From assembly GCA_009103225.1 (NCBI GenBank), contig RHPI01002069.1, positions 1,822,846 to 1,886,845 on the forward strand: a DNA stretch of 64,000 nt, written 5' to 3'. The notes beneath the pieces were generated by a model. That model was not told the DNA's origin and made no database searches. It saw only the letters and a program-made list of their open reading frames with translations. Position 1 is the stretch's first letter. Each line of letters begins with the position of its first letter. Source of the DNA: Chlorokybus atmophyticus. Taxonomy: Eukaryota > Plantae > Mesostigma and Chlorokybus algae. A program made the position numbers and the translations under genes. Below are positions 23,096 to 43,200 of this stretch, piece after piece.

Positions 23096-26000
23096 ATGGG
23101 CGGTAATGTCCCTGTGCGAGTTGCCGTGCGCGTGCGGCCCCCCCTTACCGATATCCACCTGCACACCAACATCAATAACAACGGTGACAGCAACAGTGCC
23201 AGCAGCGCACTGGCGGTGGAAGTGAATGGAGAAGCGCGCACAGTGATTGTGAGTTGCACTGCAATATAACCACACAAGGAGGCAAGATGGAAGGTGGGTT
23301 CAAAGCTAACATGTTGATATCAGGTCCACGCTCCATCCAATGCCACGGACTCCGCCAGCATCAACACCGGTGGCAGCAAGCGGCCCGTAGCTACCGGCCG
23401 CGCGTGGCGCTTCGACGCGTGCTTTGGGGGCGAGGCCTCGCAGGTATGTTATGGTTGTATGTATGTGCGTGCGTGCGTGCGTGCTTGTGTGCGCGCTTGT
23501 ATAGAAATGCAGAAACATTTTGTGGGTTATGTAGGAAGAGGTGTTCAGGGAGAGCGGGGTTCCGGAGCTTGTGGACGCTGCACTGGATGGCTATTCTGCC
23601 ACGGTCTTCGCATTTGGGCAGGTGAGGAGAGAGACAAGGTCAATCTGCCAGCTCAGCTTATACGCATGACTCCGTTAAGTGTGGTGATAAGTTTGTGCGC
23701 TGCTTGCATGACACTCAAGCGCGCACATGCTCAGTGTTAGAGCAACAGTTTGCCGGGAAATGCCACTGTTTGTCCATCTAATATGTGCAGCTGTTCTGTA
23801 CACACATTTGGCATGCACGCGCGCGCACGCGCGACATTGCAACTTCCATCAGTCAGTTATGAACACCAGTTTGGTTGCAACATGCCTCATATCCAACCTG
23901 TATTTATTGAAACGTTACCGAGTGGGATTCGTACCCAACACTCACTTTTCATCGCAGACCGGCTCGGGCAAGACTCACACGTTGACGGGACAGTCCGGAT
24001 CTATCTTCTCCACCAACGGCGGGAGCGATCCCAACGACGGCGTGGTGGCGCGCGCCCTTGCCCAAGCCTACGCCACCATCGAGCAGCGCCGAGAGCACAC
24101 GTCGTACGCTGTCAAAGTCTCTGTGGCTGAGATATACAATGAGAAGGTGTGTGCGTTATGCACGATACACATTGCAACCTGTCATGTATGCATTGCACGT
24201 AGCATGTGCATACTGACGGCATGTCTTGTGTGCTGTTGATTGTTACTTCAAGTTTCTTGCGTATAGATTACAGACTTGTTGACCTCTAAAGTGGGACCTC
24301 CTCTCCCGATCCGAAGCGATCGCACGCGTGGGTTTTACGTGAAAGGGCTCACGTGCACGACGGCGCCAGACTTGCACACAGCCATAGCCCTCATAAATAC
24401 TGGTATGCGCTTCAGGATACACACATGTCTTACACACAGACACATACCCACATTGACACACGTATGACGCTTGCAGCGCTCGCTAGGAGACGAGTCTCCG
24501 CCCACAGAATGAACCGCTCCTCCTCCCGCAGCCACTGCATAATGACAGTGTACTTCGACTCCACTCCTGCAAACACAACAAGCGGGCCTGCCCTTGACAA
24601 CAGCGATGACGCATCACAGCTGCCGAGGCAAGCTACACAATAATATGATACTGTTGCCGCTACGCTTAAACACAATGTGTCAAAGGGGTTCTTTGTTTTC
24701 TTCACAGGTTTGGGAAGGCGTGGTTTGTGGACTTGGCGGGGTCAGAGCGGCTGCGTGACACGGGCAGTGCGGGGACTCTCGCTGTGCGGGAGGCTGGCAA
24801 GATCAACCGCAGCCTGTTTTCTCTCAGCAAGGTGCGCATGGGTTTGCACCTGTGGTTGTGTCTTGTTTGACCAACACGCACATGCGCGCACGCACGTGCC
24901 ACATGTATGCTCGCGAAGCTGAAGCATGCGCAAACCACGCTTGTTTCAGGTTATCACGGCGTTGAGTGAGAAAGGAAACGCGTTTGTCCCATACCGAGAA
25001 AGCAAGCTGACACAGGTTGGTGGTAGAAAAGTGCTGACTTGCAGATGCAACAAGTGTGTTGATGAATGCAAACATAACGAGCAGCTCTTGTCTCTCAGTT
25101 GCTGATTGACTCGCTGCACGGGACGGGACGGGCCCTTCTGCTGGCGTGCTGTTCACCACTGGTGGAGCATGCTGAGGAGACCGCACACACGCTCCATTTT
25201 GCCAGGTGGAGAAGAGTGTGTGGTGTGCTTGGGTGGGCGTGCGCTTGTGTGCACCGTGTGTGTCTGTGTCTGTGTCTGTGTCTGTGTCTGTGTCTGTGTC
25301 TGCATGCCAGGTTCAAAAGATAGTCAACATCCTGTTGCAGAGTTCTCATGCCTCCAACTGTCGTGCAGTCTCGCCATGCGTGTGGCGAGCGCTCCTGTCG
25401 TGTCCCTGGACCCGCATAATGCTTTGGTACAGAGGCTCAAATCCACAATAGCAGATCTCAAAGAGGTGTGTCCTTACGTCCTTGCTTGATCTCATACTTT
25501 ACTGTTGAAATCTTTTCCCAATCACAGTCCTTCACTCCGCGCATCCTTGCTGCAATGTGCAGGAAAACAAGTCTCTAAGCGCGAAGCTCGTGCGAATGAG
25601 TGTTCACAGCGCCGAGACCGCGTCATCAAATAACGCGCTGATGGACGGCGATGAGAGCGTCCATACCAGCCATAAGCACAACAACAACAGTTTTGTCGTC
25701 AACCATGCGGATAGCAGCATCAACGACAGCCGCAGCGACGTGACAGCCACGAGCCCGCTCTCGCGCCCGACCGTGACAAAACACGAGGCACTCAGGCGTC
25801 TCAACAACAGGCGCCCGGACAGCAAGAAGAAGAAGCACAAGAGGATGCCAAGGTGATTGTTACGTACTGGTATGTTTCGGAGGTATGTATTGCACTCGTC
25901 ATTTGATTGTGTGTACACCATTCATGACCCATCTGACGTGTTACTTAGGCCAAGGAGCGAAGGCGAGAGCGGAAAGCTGTTAAACATGTGGAGTCTGTTC

Positions 26001-27727
26001 CCTGACACCACGAGCGTGCACACGCGCGATTATGTTGTTGCCAGCTCGCTCTACGATGCACGATCCGTGTACTCAAGTGAGTGCATCACATTCTAATGTG
26101 GCTGTTGTTGAGTTTAAGCAACTGACAGACTTGTGTGCAAAAGGTTTTATGGGCACGGCTCAGAAGCACCCCGCGCCTCGAGCGCACTCGCACCCCGCGA
26201 TATCGGCCTCGTGGGACACGGCTTCATCCCTTCGCGCACCCGCCTCAACACTAACATCATCATACCACAACTTGCCGACGGCTCCTGCCTCCATTGCACA
26301 GTTCACCTCCGCGCCTCCCCCTCCCCCTCCCAAAGACCTCCTCAGACAGTTTCCCGCGCTCGCAGACCTTGAAGACGCCTTCCGCAGGTGACGCATGCAT
26401 ACTCATGTGTGTGCGTGTGCGTGTGTGCGCGCGCGCGCATGTGTGCGTAGTTTGGCCTTGTCAGATTATTGACAGAATTTCTGTGACTGGTGTTCTGTTA
26501 TGATACATTGACACAATAAACCACAACAGGAGGTTGAACGAGGCTGAGGCCACAAGGAGAGATGCGCCCGCGGGCACGAGCGTTGCGGATGACGAGCGCA
26601 ACGGCCACTCTTACAACACGCTGCATGAGACAACAAGGCAAGTAGAGTGTTACACAGTACACATGTCTGAACATCGTGTTGGTTGGCTGTTGTTGTGCGC
26701 AGTATGTAGTAACGGATGTTGCTTGCAGCACGTACGCGCCAACGACAACAACATCATCAGCGCCAACCACAACATCGAGCCCGCAGCGGCCCGAGCCCAA
26801 GGCGGCAGCGTGGGCTCGCCGCAACACGTGGTTCGGACGCGACAAGGAGTTGACTGCGTACGCGTACAAAGTGCATGACGTGTTGGTCGGCAACGAGGGT
26901 ATCGACCCTGCCTCCGATATGTACTATCAAGGTAGGTTGGTTGTAACAGGCACATCGTAGGACTATGTTGGTTGTGACACACGCTGTGCACTCACAAGTT
27001 CCAGAAGGTGATGCATGTGGTTGAGACGCTGTGTGTGTCACAGAAATTGAGGGAAGAGTGGAAGCGCAGTTTCCCGCGAAGTGGGTTGAGTGGCTTGCAG
27101 GCGGCAAGCCGGGTTCGCAACCGACAACAGAGCACAGCAGCAAGCCGCGGCATCCGCATGCACACAGTAATGGCAACAACAACAACAACAATAACAAGCC
27201 CTCGCGGCCGCACTCGCAGGCAATTGTCAGTATGAGCAGAGAGCAGCAACTGGACAGGTACACGCAAGTGCATAAACGCCATGCAACAGTACCTATGTAG
27301 TGTACACAACATACACAATGAACTCACCCGCATGTGACTGTGCAGGGAGCTGAGGCGCATTGCTAGAGGGTTTGGGAGGGTAGCGGGAAGGGAGTCGGTA
27401 TCAATGGCTGGAGCAGGACGCAGCAGCTGGAGCGAGTTTGACAATGGTCTTGACTATTCGCATCACCCAAGCAGCAGTGTGCAAGTTGCTTCAGGTTCAT
27501 GTTGTTGCGTATTGTTGCGACTGCATAAGCGTGTGTGCGAGTATGTGTGTTTGTTTACGATTGTTTACATGGCAGCAGGCGTGGAGTTTGCCAGTGGGGA
27601 CCAGAACAACGACAGGGTGCAGGACGGGTTGGAGAGAGCGAGAAGGAGCGCGGAGGTTGCGAGGCGCAGCATGCTGCAAGAGCTAGACCGAAGACTCAAC
27701 AGGCAGCGGGTTGATTGGGTCACGTGA
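23096..27727 (+). CDS. Kinesin-family motor protein (N-terminal motor, coiled coil, divergent tail); multi-exon
   Basis: VRVAVRVRP, WRFDACF, AFGQTGSGKTHT (P-loop), MNRSSSRSH (switch I), VDLAGSE (switch II), INRSL and VPYRESKLT in spliced order. Putative last exon ends at 27727. Confidence 0.92.
25258..25302. repeat. (GTGTCT)n microsatellite in a kinesin intron
   Basis: About 7 tandem hexamers. Confidence 0.85.
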
Positions 27728-28740
27728 TGTGTACAACAGATGCATAGCGATATCGTACCCTAACTACTGCCACAGCCTGTTGTAGTGGAGGTTACAACAT
27801 ATGGGCCCTGGTGTCTTCAACCTGTCAATGCAGCAGCTTGGCAACTACCAAACCCACACATCTGACCGTGTGTGCTTCCTGTTTAAGCACATGTTGCTTG
27901 TTCTGCGTGACCATGTATGGTGTGGACTCCGAGCACGCAGCAAAGACAACTTTCAGGTGTGGCTAATAATGGCACTGCCTCAGTTGATTGCTGACCATCT
28001 GTCACAGTGGTCAAGAAAACTGCAACCAGTGAGTTTACCGAAGCTGTCGGAAAAGGAGCTGCAGCAAGCCCCCTGCGACATTTTGCCGCAGCTGCACTTG
28101 TTTCTGCTTGGCTGCACCCAATCCTAGTTTGGAGTCCGGCATTAGCTTCATCGCCTAAGAAAACAGCTGTCCCACCGCCTTGTGAATAGCGATCGGTAAT
28201 CGTGCATGCTTTAAGGTCTTTTTGGGTAAATCATGCAGCATTTCAAATGAGTGTTGAAGGTGGTGTAAGTGAATTAGCAATAGGTCTGAATACCATGTTT
28301 AGGCTGCATACCAGCTACTCATTGCGTAAAGCATCAAGCATTTCAAGTGAATGTTGATGTTAAAGTGCTTAATTAGCATTGCATGGGGGCAGTTTTCCTA
28401 ATACCAGGTAGCAAGCTATTACAAAACAGAGCAAAGCAGAACAACCACCAATCGTTGTTGTCATGCCCACCCCAGCAAACATTTCACATGATCGACAAAT
28501 TCCCTAATGCCCTAGCATGTGCAGTGGAGCTGCGAGGCGGCAACCATTTACACAGCCAGAACAAAACCAGACACACCAGCCCAATTATTGTGACAGCCCA
28601 CCCCTGCAAGTTGCAAACCGAGATACACAGCACACGAGTACTCATTGCAGGCAGCAACAATGTACAGGCAGAACTCAGACTACCTACAACAAAGCACTTG
28701 TCTACTGGCCACAACACAGGCACAACACTAAGTGCAGAGT

Positions 28741-30613
<1,873 letters not shown>

Positions 30614-30651
30614 CTATTACACGAGTGGCATAGGCGAGTACACTGCGAGGC

Positions 30652-30657
30652 TATATA
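30652..30657 (-). promoter_or_regulatory. Candidate TATA box of polyubiquitin
   Basis: TATATA about 125 nt upstream of the ATG in a GC-rich context. Confidence 0.5.
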
Positions 30658-30762
30658 CTCAGAGGCAAGGGTGCCGCGCACTGCAGCTTGTGGGAACTCT
30701 GCTGCGGGCGGGCAGTTTGTTGGCCTGCGAGGCCGCGGGCAGCAGGGGAGTCAGTTGACCCC

Positions 30763-30777
30763 CGAACTTTCCGGAAT
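30763..30777. promoter_or_regulatory. Perfect three-unit heat-shock element
   Basis: cGAActTTCcgGAAt = nGAAnnTTCnnGAAn upstream of the TATA of a polyubiquitin gene, a classically HSF-regulated gene type. Confidence 0.7.
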
Positions 30778-32208
30778 TATCTTTGCACGTTGCCTTCCAC
30801 GTTACCACTTGCAGTGCCCCAGACAAACGTTACTTAGGGCTTTGTTCGTAACGTGTGACGCGCTGCGACATCACCTGAGGTTCAGGGCCTGAGCCGATGA
30901 CGCTGCAAAAATTGAATCAAAACACGTCATCGGGGCTCATCAACCCGCAAGCCGCGGGGGTAGAGCGCTTGCTAATCAATGACGTGGCGACCTGTGAGCG
31001 GGCAGCCTGCAGCTAGAGTCCATCACGAATGAGGACAAAAGTGTCCCTTTGTCGTCACTCATGATGGATTGAATCTTGGATCATTGAGATTGTGAAAGCA
31101 GCTTGCTGGCTGGATCTACGCTGGTAGGCCTAATAGGCCGCCTATGCATTTGTCGTCACATGCAAGCAAGCATGTGACTACAAAAAGCAAAGCCCCTCAG
31201 CCCAAGATCACTAGCAATTGCATTGGGTGGTGTCGATGTCACATGATGTTTGACAATTGATTGATATAAGCAAGGTTATGCAGGTGATGCAGGTTATGCA
31301 AAGTTTTTGCATAACACAAATATTTTACCATAAAAATGTATAACATCTTTTACATACCTACATGCCATCACCGCAAGTTTCACCCAGTATTAATTTCATT
31401 GACGATTACACGAGCCCCGCATTTGCACCAATGAACCATGTTACTTTGTATGCATGTTATTATAGACATCAATAAAGCCATTTCTCAATTAAATTGTACT
31501 TCACAAGCATGGGTTGCACTGTTGTTGGTCAGGTTACTCATCTTATTACAAGCCGTATACTCAAGTGCATATACTGTGCTGGCAAGCTACACAAACCTCG
31601 TCTACCTATGGTGATGCCGTTGTATGTTTGCTATGTGTCGGGGCCTGGGCCAGCCCATGATACTGTGACTGAGTTGTCGGTTGTGCTGCTGAAACTGTGA
31701 ATGCAAGCACGCATATGGCGGGAGGTAACTCGGTCTGCATGCATGACTAACAAGGTGGGGTAGTTAGTTAGTTGGCGTAGAGTAAGTAGTTGTGCCTGAC
31801 GGTCGGCTGAAGGTACGTATGTGTGAAGTGTTAATGTAAGTGAGTGTTGTGAACATGTTGAACGTGTGAAGCATTGTTGCCTTGTCGACTAGTGTCGTGG
31901 ATTTGTATACACTTGCTTGCTTGCCTATGCTACTATGATGTAATACCCCCCCCCACCCCCCACCCCCCACCCCCACCCCTAAGGGGAGGATTTATGATAA
32001 AGTGATAAATGGTTGATGTAATGTATATATGTTGTCATGAATAGGTCCCCGATACTGTGAAGGGGAGGCTTGCGCTTGGGTAAATATGATGTGCTTTTAA
32101 GACGATAAGTCATGAAACGGTCAAATAAGTTATTGCACCGTTGGACATGCAATGTTATTTACAGCTTATCAAAGACTTAGTGCTGGCCTTCAATTAATAC
32201 CATCCTTC

Positions 32209-33174
<966 letters not shown>

Positions 33175-33330
33175 CCTTCTTGAGAAGGATGATACCGATC
33201 TAAGCCCCACCTTCCCCCTCCACAGCCGTTGTCATGCAGACAATCAGTCAATATACTAACACATCTATAGCAACAAGCTACAACTCACTCAAGAGCAAGG
33301 TCATAGCAAAAGCAAGATCTCACTTGTTAC

Positions 33331-34407
33331 CTATCCCGCCTTGTCAAGAAGCTGGATTGGAATGAGAACATTGTGCTTGTTGGTCTCAACAATGCAGCCA
33401 TTCATAATCATCTCATCCAGCATGAAGTGCGCTTTCTCCAAGTGAAACATGATGTCTAGCTCGCACTGCAAACAGAAGTGCGTTATGCGCAATGTACGTG
33501 TAGCTACACAGTGTACGCACACGTGGCAGCAGTGCGCGGCAAGCATGGGCGATGTCATGTGCTGTCAACAAAGTCACATGTTGCAAACTGCTTACCACAT
33601 TGCCGAAGTACCGATCCATTGTCTCCACTATGCAGTGTATCAACTCCAGAATAGCAAGCTCATTCTGCAAATGCGGCTGCTGTCAAACAAGCTGACAGCA
33701 AACTGAACTGCACGGATTGTACAGCTCTGCAGTGGAATGTAAACAGACTCCAAGTGCATGTTGTACCTCATCTGAGTCTACTCCAACCAGGAAAAACAGG
33801 GATGCATACCGCCTGTACACGATTTTGTGGTTTCTGTGCTCCACAAAAGAACACTGCCATACACGACGACAATCAGATGTTGTTGATGTATACACTATAA
33901 CACGGAGTAAGCGGTGCTTTGACATTCCACGAAACGCACCCAAAGGTGACCTACCTTTGGTTAAAACAATGCAATGTGGTACAACCTCACAGACTCACCA
34001 CTTGTTGATCCGAGCGTGTTAGGCATTTTCGCACAATCTCTGCCTCCAGAGCCCGCCTCTCTTCTGGCTGCGGGCAACGAGCACTTCAACAGGCATGCAC
34101 GACGGCACTGATTTACACAACAATTCTGCGTGTACAAGTTTAAGCAGACATGTAGTGTGTGGAGTAAGCCAGCTCGCAAAGGAAACCTACTGCAAGAGCG
34201 GCCCGTTTTACCCCGACATTTGCAGTGGGCAAACAGCATAATCTTGCTGACGTTTAACAAATTGTAACCCAAACAGCGCATGGCACAATGGCCTTCAAGC
34301 TGAGCAAGGCGCTGTATTCTGCCAAGACGTACCTTAATGTACTCATAATACTGAGCAAGGCGCGTTTGCCCCTGCTTGTTCACCAGTAACACAAAGCGGA
34401 TGGTCAT
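33331..34407 (-). CDS. AP4S1: AP-4 adaptor complex sigma subunit; multi-exon
   Basis: [93 protein letters not shown]: AP-4 sigma-specific wording. Confidence 0.95.
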
Positions 34408-34790
34408 CGCTCTCGCGCCACCAGGACAGATGAAAACCAAACTCTGACTGCCCTCAGCAGCAGCAGCAGCAGCAGCGGCACATGCAGTAGCAGCAGCAAT
34501 TGCTCATCACGCAATTGTTGAAGACTACTGTGCGATAGAGCCCAGAAAGCCCGCTTCAGCCTGGAAAGCTACCGTTTGCACCACCATATTTCAGATCTCG
34601 CAGCCAAAATGCTTCTGTCTGTTATGCGTCCCCCGCAACCGCCGCCACCGCTACCGCCCGCCCACACCACCTCAGCGACAATGCCGCCATATTCTGTCGT
34701 AATTCTGCAACACGTAATTCGAACTACCACCGTAACTCGAAGTGTCGGCCTGGTCTGGTCCGGCCTGGCCTGGCCTGGTGGTGGTTGCTC

Positions 34791-36239
34791 ATGGCGGCAT
34801 TGGCGTTTGCTGCGGTGGTGGCTGCTGGTGTGGTTTGCGACAAGTTGCAGTGGCGTGGGCAGAAGCCGCTGCTGCATGCGAGCACTAGCCAGCAGCAGGC
34901 TACAACAACCAGCAGCAGGCCGGCCCGGTACCCGCCTTCTGCTGGCAGAGTGCTTGGGCTTGCTGCACGCGACCGCAGAAGACAGCAGCGAAACTTGCAG
35001 CCGTGTTTTGCACAGCAGCTGCATCAGCTCAGCACCGAGGAGGCTGCGGTAGACGAGCACGTGCTTGGCAGGCTGAGAGGCGTTGCTGCAGCGCCGGCTG
35101 CTCAAGGCGGTCCTAACCAGTATGCTGCCATGGCGTACCTGTCGACAATGGTTGGCGCTGATTCTGTTGGGCAGCTGCTATCAAGGTTGGCAGTCAGCAG
35201 TGCTGCTGGCCCCCATGCACATGTTACCAGACCCAGTACTTGCATGAAAGTCTGTTTCGTACAAATGCACAACTCATACTGCTTATCTCGCTGCTGACTA
35301 CTGCATGCTTATTGATGTGCTGTGTAGATGTGAGGAGCTGACGGAAGTGGGTGTTGCGACCCTTCACAACACCAGCGAGTTCCTCGTTGCGCTGGGCGTG
35401 CGCCCTTCTGATCTCGCTACACTTGCGATGCGTCATCCCGCTGTATTTACTTATGGCGAGTTACGGTTGCATTCAACGACTGACTACTTGCAGGTTGAGA
35501 CTTCAATACCATAGTAGTTCTGCCTCCTTCGTGCAGTCTTACAGCATAACAGCGTGACAGCTTCTTACACAAGCTCAGCTCTCTGGTCATGGGCTTGTTT
35601 ATTGTTTGAAGGGTCTGGGCTTTACGCGAGCGCAGTTTGGCAAGGCGCTGGTGCGGTTTCCTGAAGTGTTCAGCTTGGACGTTCAAAGCGAACTGGAGCG
35701 CACAGTTTCTTATCTCAGGCATGCTGGCAAGTGTCAAGATGTCGCCGCAGCCATTGCAAGCTGCCCGCAGGTGCGTGCCTTCCTGCTGTACAGTGCAGCG
35801 CATGTTACTGGATTTGAGTATGGTGCAGGGTTGTCATCATACATCTTGTGTCAATGCTGCTTGACACTGCAGGCGCTGTCTTGGAGCATCCCTCGTCTAA
35901 GCACGAACATGCATTGGCTGGTGCCAGATTCATTGCAGCAAAAGTAACTGTACGTTGAAACTGCTAGCATGCCACTTTTGGTACACTTTCCTGGCCTCTT
36001 ATGCAAAGGAGCAACGCCAGGGGGAGGATAAAATGGCTTTTTTGTATCTTTATACAGGGTTTGTTGCATTTCACACAAAGATTGTGGTTCGTTACGTTCC
36101 TGCAGTCCACCGTTTCTCATGCCACCAGCATTGCACACGTTTGTCTAGGCTCAACGCAGCATGTGCAGTCAGCAATGACAGGCGGCCACCGCATCAGCAG
36201 CAACCAGCGTGTTGCAAACACGGTGTGCGTCACATATAA
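34791..36239 (+). CDS. mTERF-family protein, organelle-targeted; 3' end approximate
   Basis: Repeats EFLVALGVRPSDLATLAMRHPAVFTY and GLGFTRAQFGKALVRFPEVFSLDVQSELERTVSYL fit mTERF helical repeats; transit-peptide-like N-terminus. Confidence 0.75.
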
Positions 36240-36283
36240 GCTGTGCTAACTAGTTGTATGTACTACGCTGTCCATGTACACAA

Positions 36284-40120
<3,837 letters not shown>

Positions 40121-40194
40121 CTATTCATTGCAACATGCGCGATATACTGGTCAAAGCGCGGATATCTGGTTACATTTGATTTTTGCACGCGAAT

Positions 40195-40202
40195 TAGGGT
40201 TT
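40195..40202 (+). promoter_or_regulatory. Telo-box in the CDKL/NUP1 divergent promoter
   Basis: TAGGGTTT about 40 nt upstream of the NUP1 ATG. Confidence 0.55.
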
Positions 40203-40243
40203 CAGGCGGCGGTGTAGGCGGCCGTGGCAGGGTCGAGGGCGCC

Positions 40244-43200
40244 ATGGCCGACGACGACGACGGGGCTGTGGCTGGGGGTAAGGCTGTGCGGGGCAGGCGT
40301 CATGCCGCACGGCACTGGAGCAACCCCTACGCCCGCGCCGCGCCCGCGCCCGCGCCGTCTGCGGACGACAAGGCAGCCAGTGGTGGCCCCGGCGCGGCCG
40401 GCGAGCTGCCTCCTGGCCGGCGGTGGATCCCTCGCCTGGGAGGGGCGGTGGGTTGGTTGTGGGGCTGGTGGCATCGTCGGAGGGAGGATGAGCCCGCTGA
40501 TGACGATGTTGATAGCCGACATGGTGCAACAAGAGGCGCGGATGACCAGCAGCATGACGAGCAGCTTGATAGGGCAGGTCAGTCCAACTTACATGCACAG
40601 CAAGATGTTTTGCGTATACTATTTGTTTGCAAGAAGGTTTCTCGCACGTGCCACTGTGTGCTCTTGACAAGCTAGAACGAGAAACTTTCCTTGTTTTGGG
40701 TGGGACCCATGAAAATGTGTATGTGTGGTACCATGCAGTCTACATTACGACGCGACTGACTTTGTGTTGCTCACGCGAGTTGATTTAACGGCAATGTGAA
40801 GTGCGTTGCAGTGGTCGTTATATGCATCACATCGTGAACCTTGTGCCCTTGACTCATGCACGAACAGCGGCGGTCAAACAACTTGACTGTTCTTCAGGTT
40901 GTGAAGACTGCCAGCGCAGTATAAATCATGTCCTTATATGTGTTTGCTTGTGCCTGTTTGTGTGTCAGTGACATATGGCTTAAATTCAAACAGATGGTGA
41001 TCATGGTGTAGAGGTAGGAGCAGCGGGAATGCAAGAGGATCAACAGGTATGACATTTAACGTATATGCTGTTCAACAAGAATTGCAACCAACGTGTAATT
41101 TGCACGCATGGATGTCTTAGTATTACCACTTGGCTTGAATTTGCCTTACTGTCAATACATATGACAGGAGCAAGCGCAGCCTGCAAATCCTGCGGTGGAG
41201 CTGGTCAATATTCTTCAAGCACAGAAGATAACAAGGTGGGCTGTGGTGCTGAGCTTGTTGATGGTCATGGTTGTCTGCACCTATCTGATCGATATGCCAA
41301 AGGTTGTACTGGCGTAAAGACATCCTTTTCTTTCTCAGCTGCATTACAGCATTTGTGCTGGCATATATAATTGCACACGGCAGTACTTGTGTACCACAAT
41401 GGGCACACACGCACTCATCAAACAAGCCCGCCCCCATGGTTGTTACTTGCTTTGGATCTCACATTGTCATCCACTACCCATACAGCTGGCACAATTTGGA
41501 CCTCTAAAGCCTTCTCTGTTCTTTGTTTGTACTCTGGCAGACAGCAGTATGAGGACTGTTTGAGAGTACTGCGAGGAAAGTTTACTGCGGACGAACCCAA
41601 GCAGAACGGGTACAATGAAAGAGTGGCTTACTCGCCGGGGACAGCTGGTCGACCAGATCAGCCTGACACCGCAAGGTTCTCAGGGGAGTGGAGGACCCCA
41701 GCAACGCATCAACGAGATTCTACAGCATTTGAGCAGGTATCGACCTCTTTGGTTTCAGTCAAGGCCTACAACTCTTGCAGCTGTATTTCCGTGCGATTTT
41801 TGTGTAAAGTGTTACCACAGTACGGTCTCTGACTGCACACATGCTTGGATACACAACCACGATATCTCAAGTTGTCCCAATTAATTGTTTGGTCGGCATG
41901 TTGTGCCAGTTTTTCACATTTCTATGCAAGCACAGCTTGCTGCGCAACCAACAGGGGGGTTGCAAAGACACCCATGACACACTGTAGTAGTGTCGTGGGT
42001 GTTCGCAGACTTACCCTTGCATATGTCCTGTCAGTTGCCGACATTTCAAAGTGCATTCCGGCGCGAGCCACTCCGAAGGCTTTCAGCTACAGTACCGGAA
42101 TACAAGGCGGAGCTGGCAGGGAGCGCCGCGCAGGATGAACCTCATGAAAGAAGTGCAGTACCGGGGCGCGTGGATATGCCCCATCCTCGACTCTCACATG
42201 CTTCTGAGCCCGCTCAACGTGCAGCATTAGATGAAGCTCGCGATGATGGGTATGGTGTTGGCCCATCTACAGATGCACATTATCCAGAGCGTCAGCCTCG
42301 GCCATCCGCAGATGGTCCCATACCATATAGGTATGGCGGTTCAGGGTACTACCGTGGGTACAGCCAAAGCCGCTATGGTCCCAGCACTGGTGCGGGTGCG
42401 GGTGGAACATATGCCCAGCGGTATGCAACACCTTACACCAGACTGCGGCCCTCTCCTTACATGCGAGCGCCGAGTCGAACTGCTCCTCCGGTGCCATCAT
42501 CAGCACCTGCAGAGGTGCGTTGCTGGTTCAGTTGTACCTCAGTCATGGGTGGCTGGAATGCTGATTACTTGCATGCTTTGTAACGTGCAGCAGCCTATGG
42601 AATTTCCACCTGAAAGTTCTACAGGCCGAGGTACAACACGTTGGACGCCCCTGCGCACGCCTATTGCTGCTCCAATGGTGAGACCACAGAGAATTGATGC
42701 CTTGACTTTGTTCAGTCGTCTTGAACCTTACCGTGTGGCCCGGCCAGTATCTCAGCCAAATTCCTGGTATTCTCTAATGCAAGCAGTGTCTTTTGCTGTC
42801 GTGTAGCAAGTCAAGTTCTCACCCTAATTCTTACTCAACGGTACCTTACGAAGAATTGTTGGTGTAGAGGCACAAACGATCGCATGAGACTCTCACCCTT
42901 GTGGAGGCGGAACAAGGAGGCCCTGCTCGACGGCAACGACGTGACCATGTCGAGGTGAGCTTGGTCCCAACTATGGTGACCTCAAAGTGTGTCTACAATC
43001 CAGTGTCCTAATGTTAATGACTCATGCACAGCTGCAGTTGGTACGCTCGCTGAGGCTGTGAAACACATGTGAACACCAAGTAGTTGCAAACGTGTTGATC
43101 GCTCATCTAGCCATTGTAAGTTGGTGTATAAACCAATGTAGGTCAGGAGGCGTGCATTGTCAGAGCAGTTGCCATTGCATGCCAAATAACAATTGATGTA

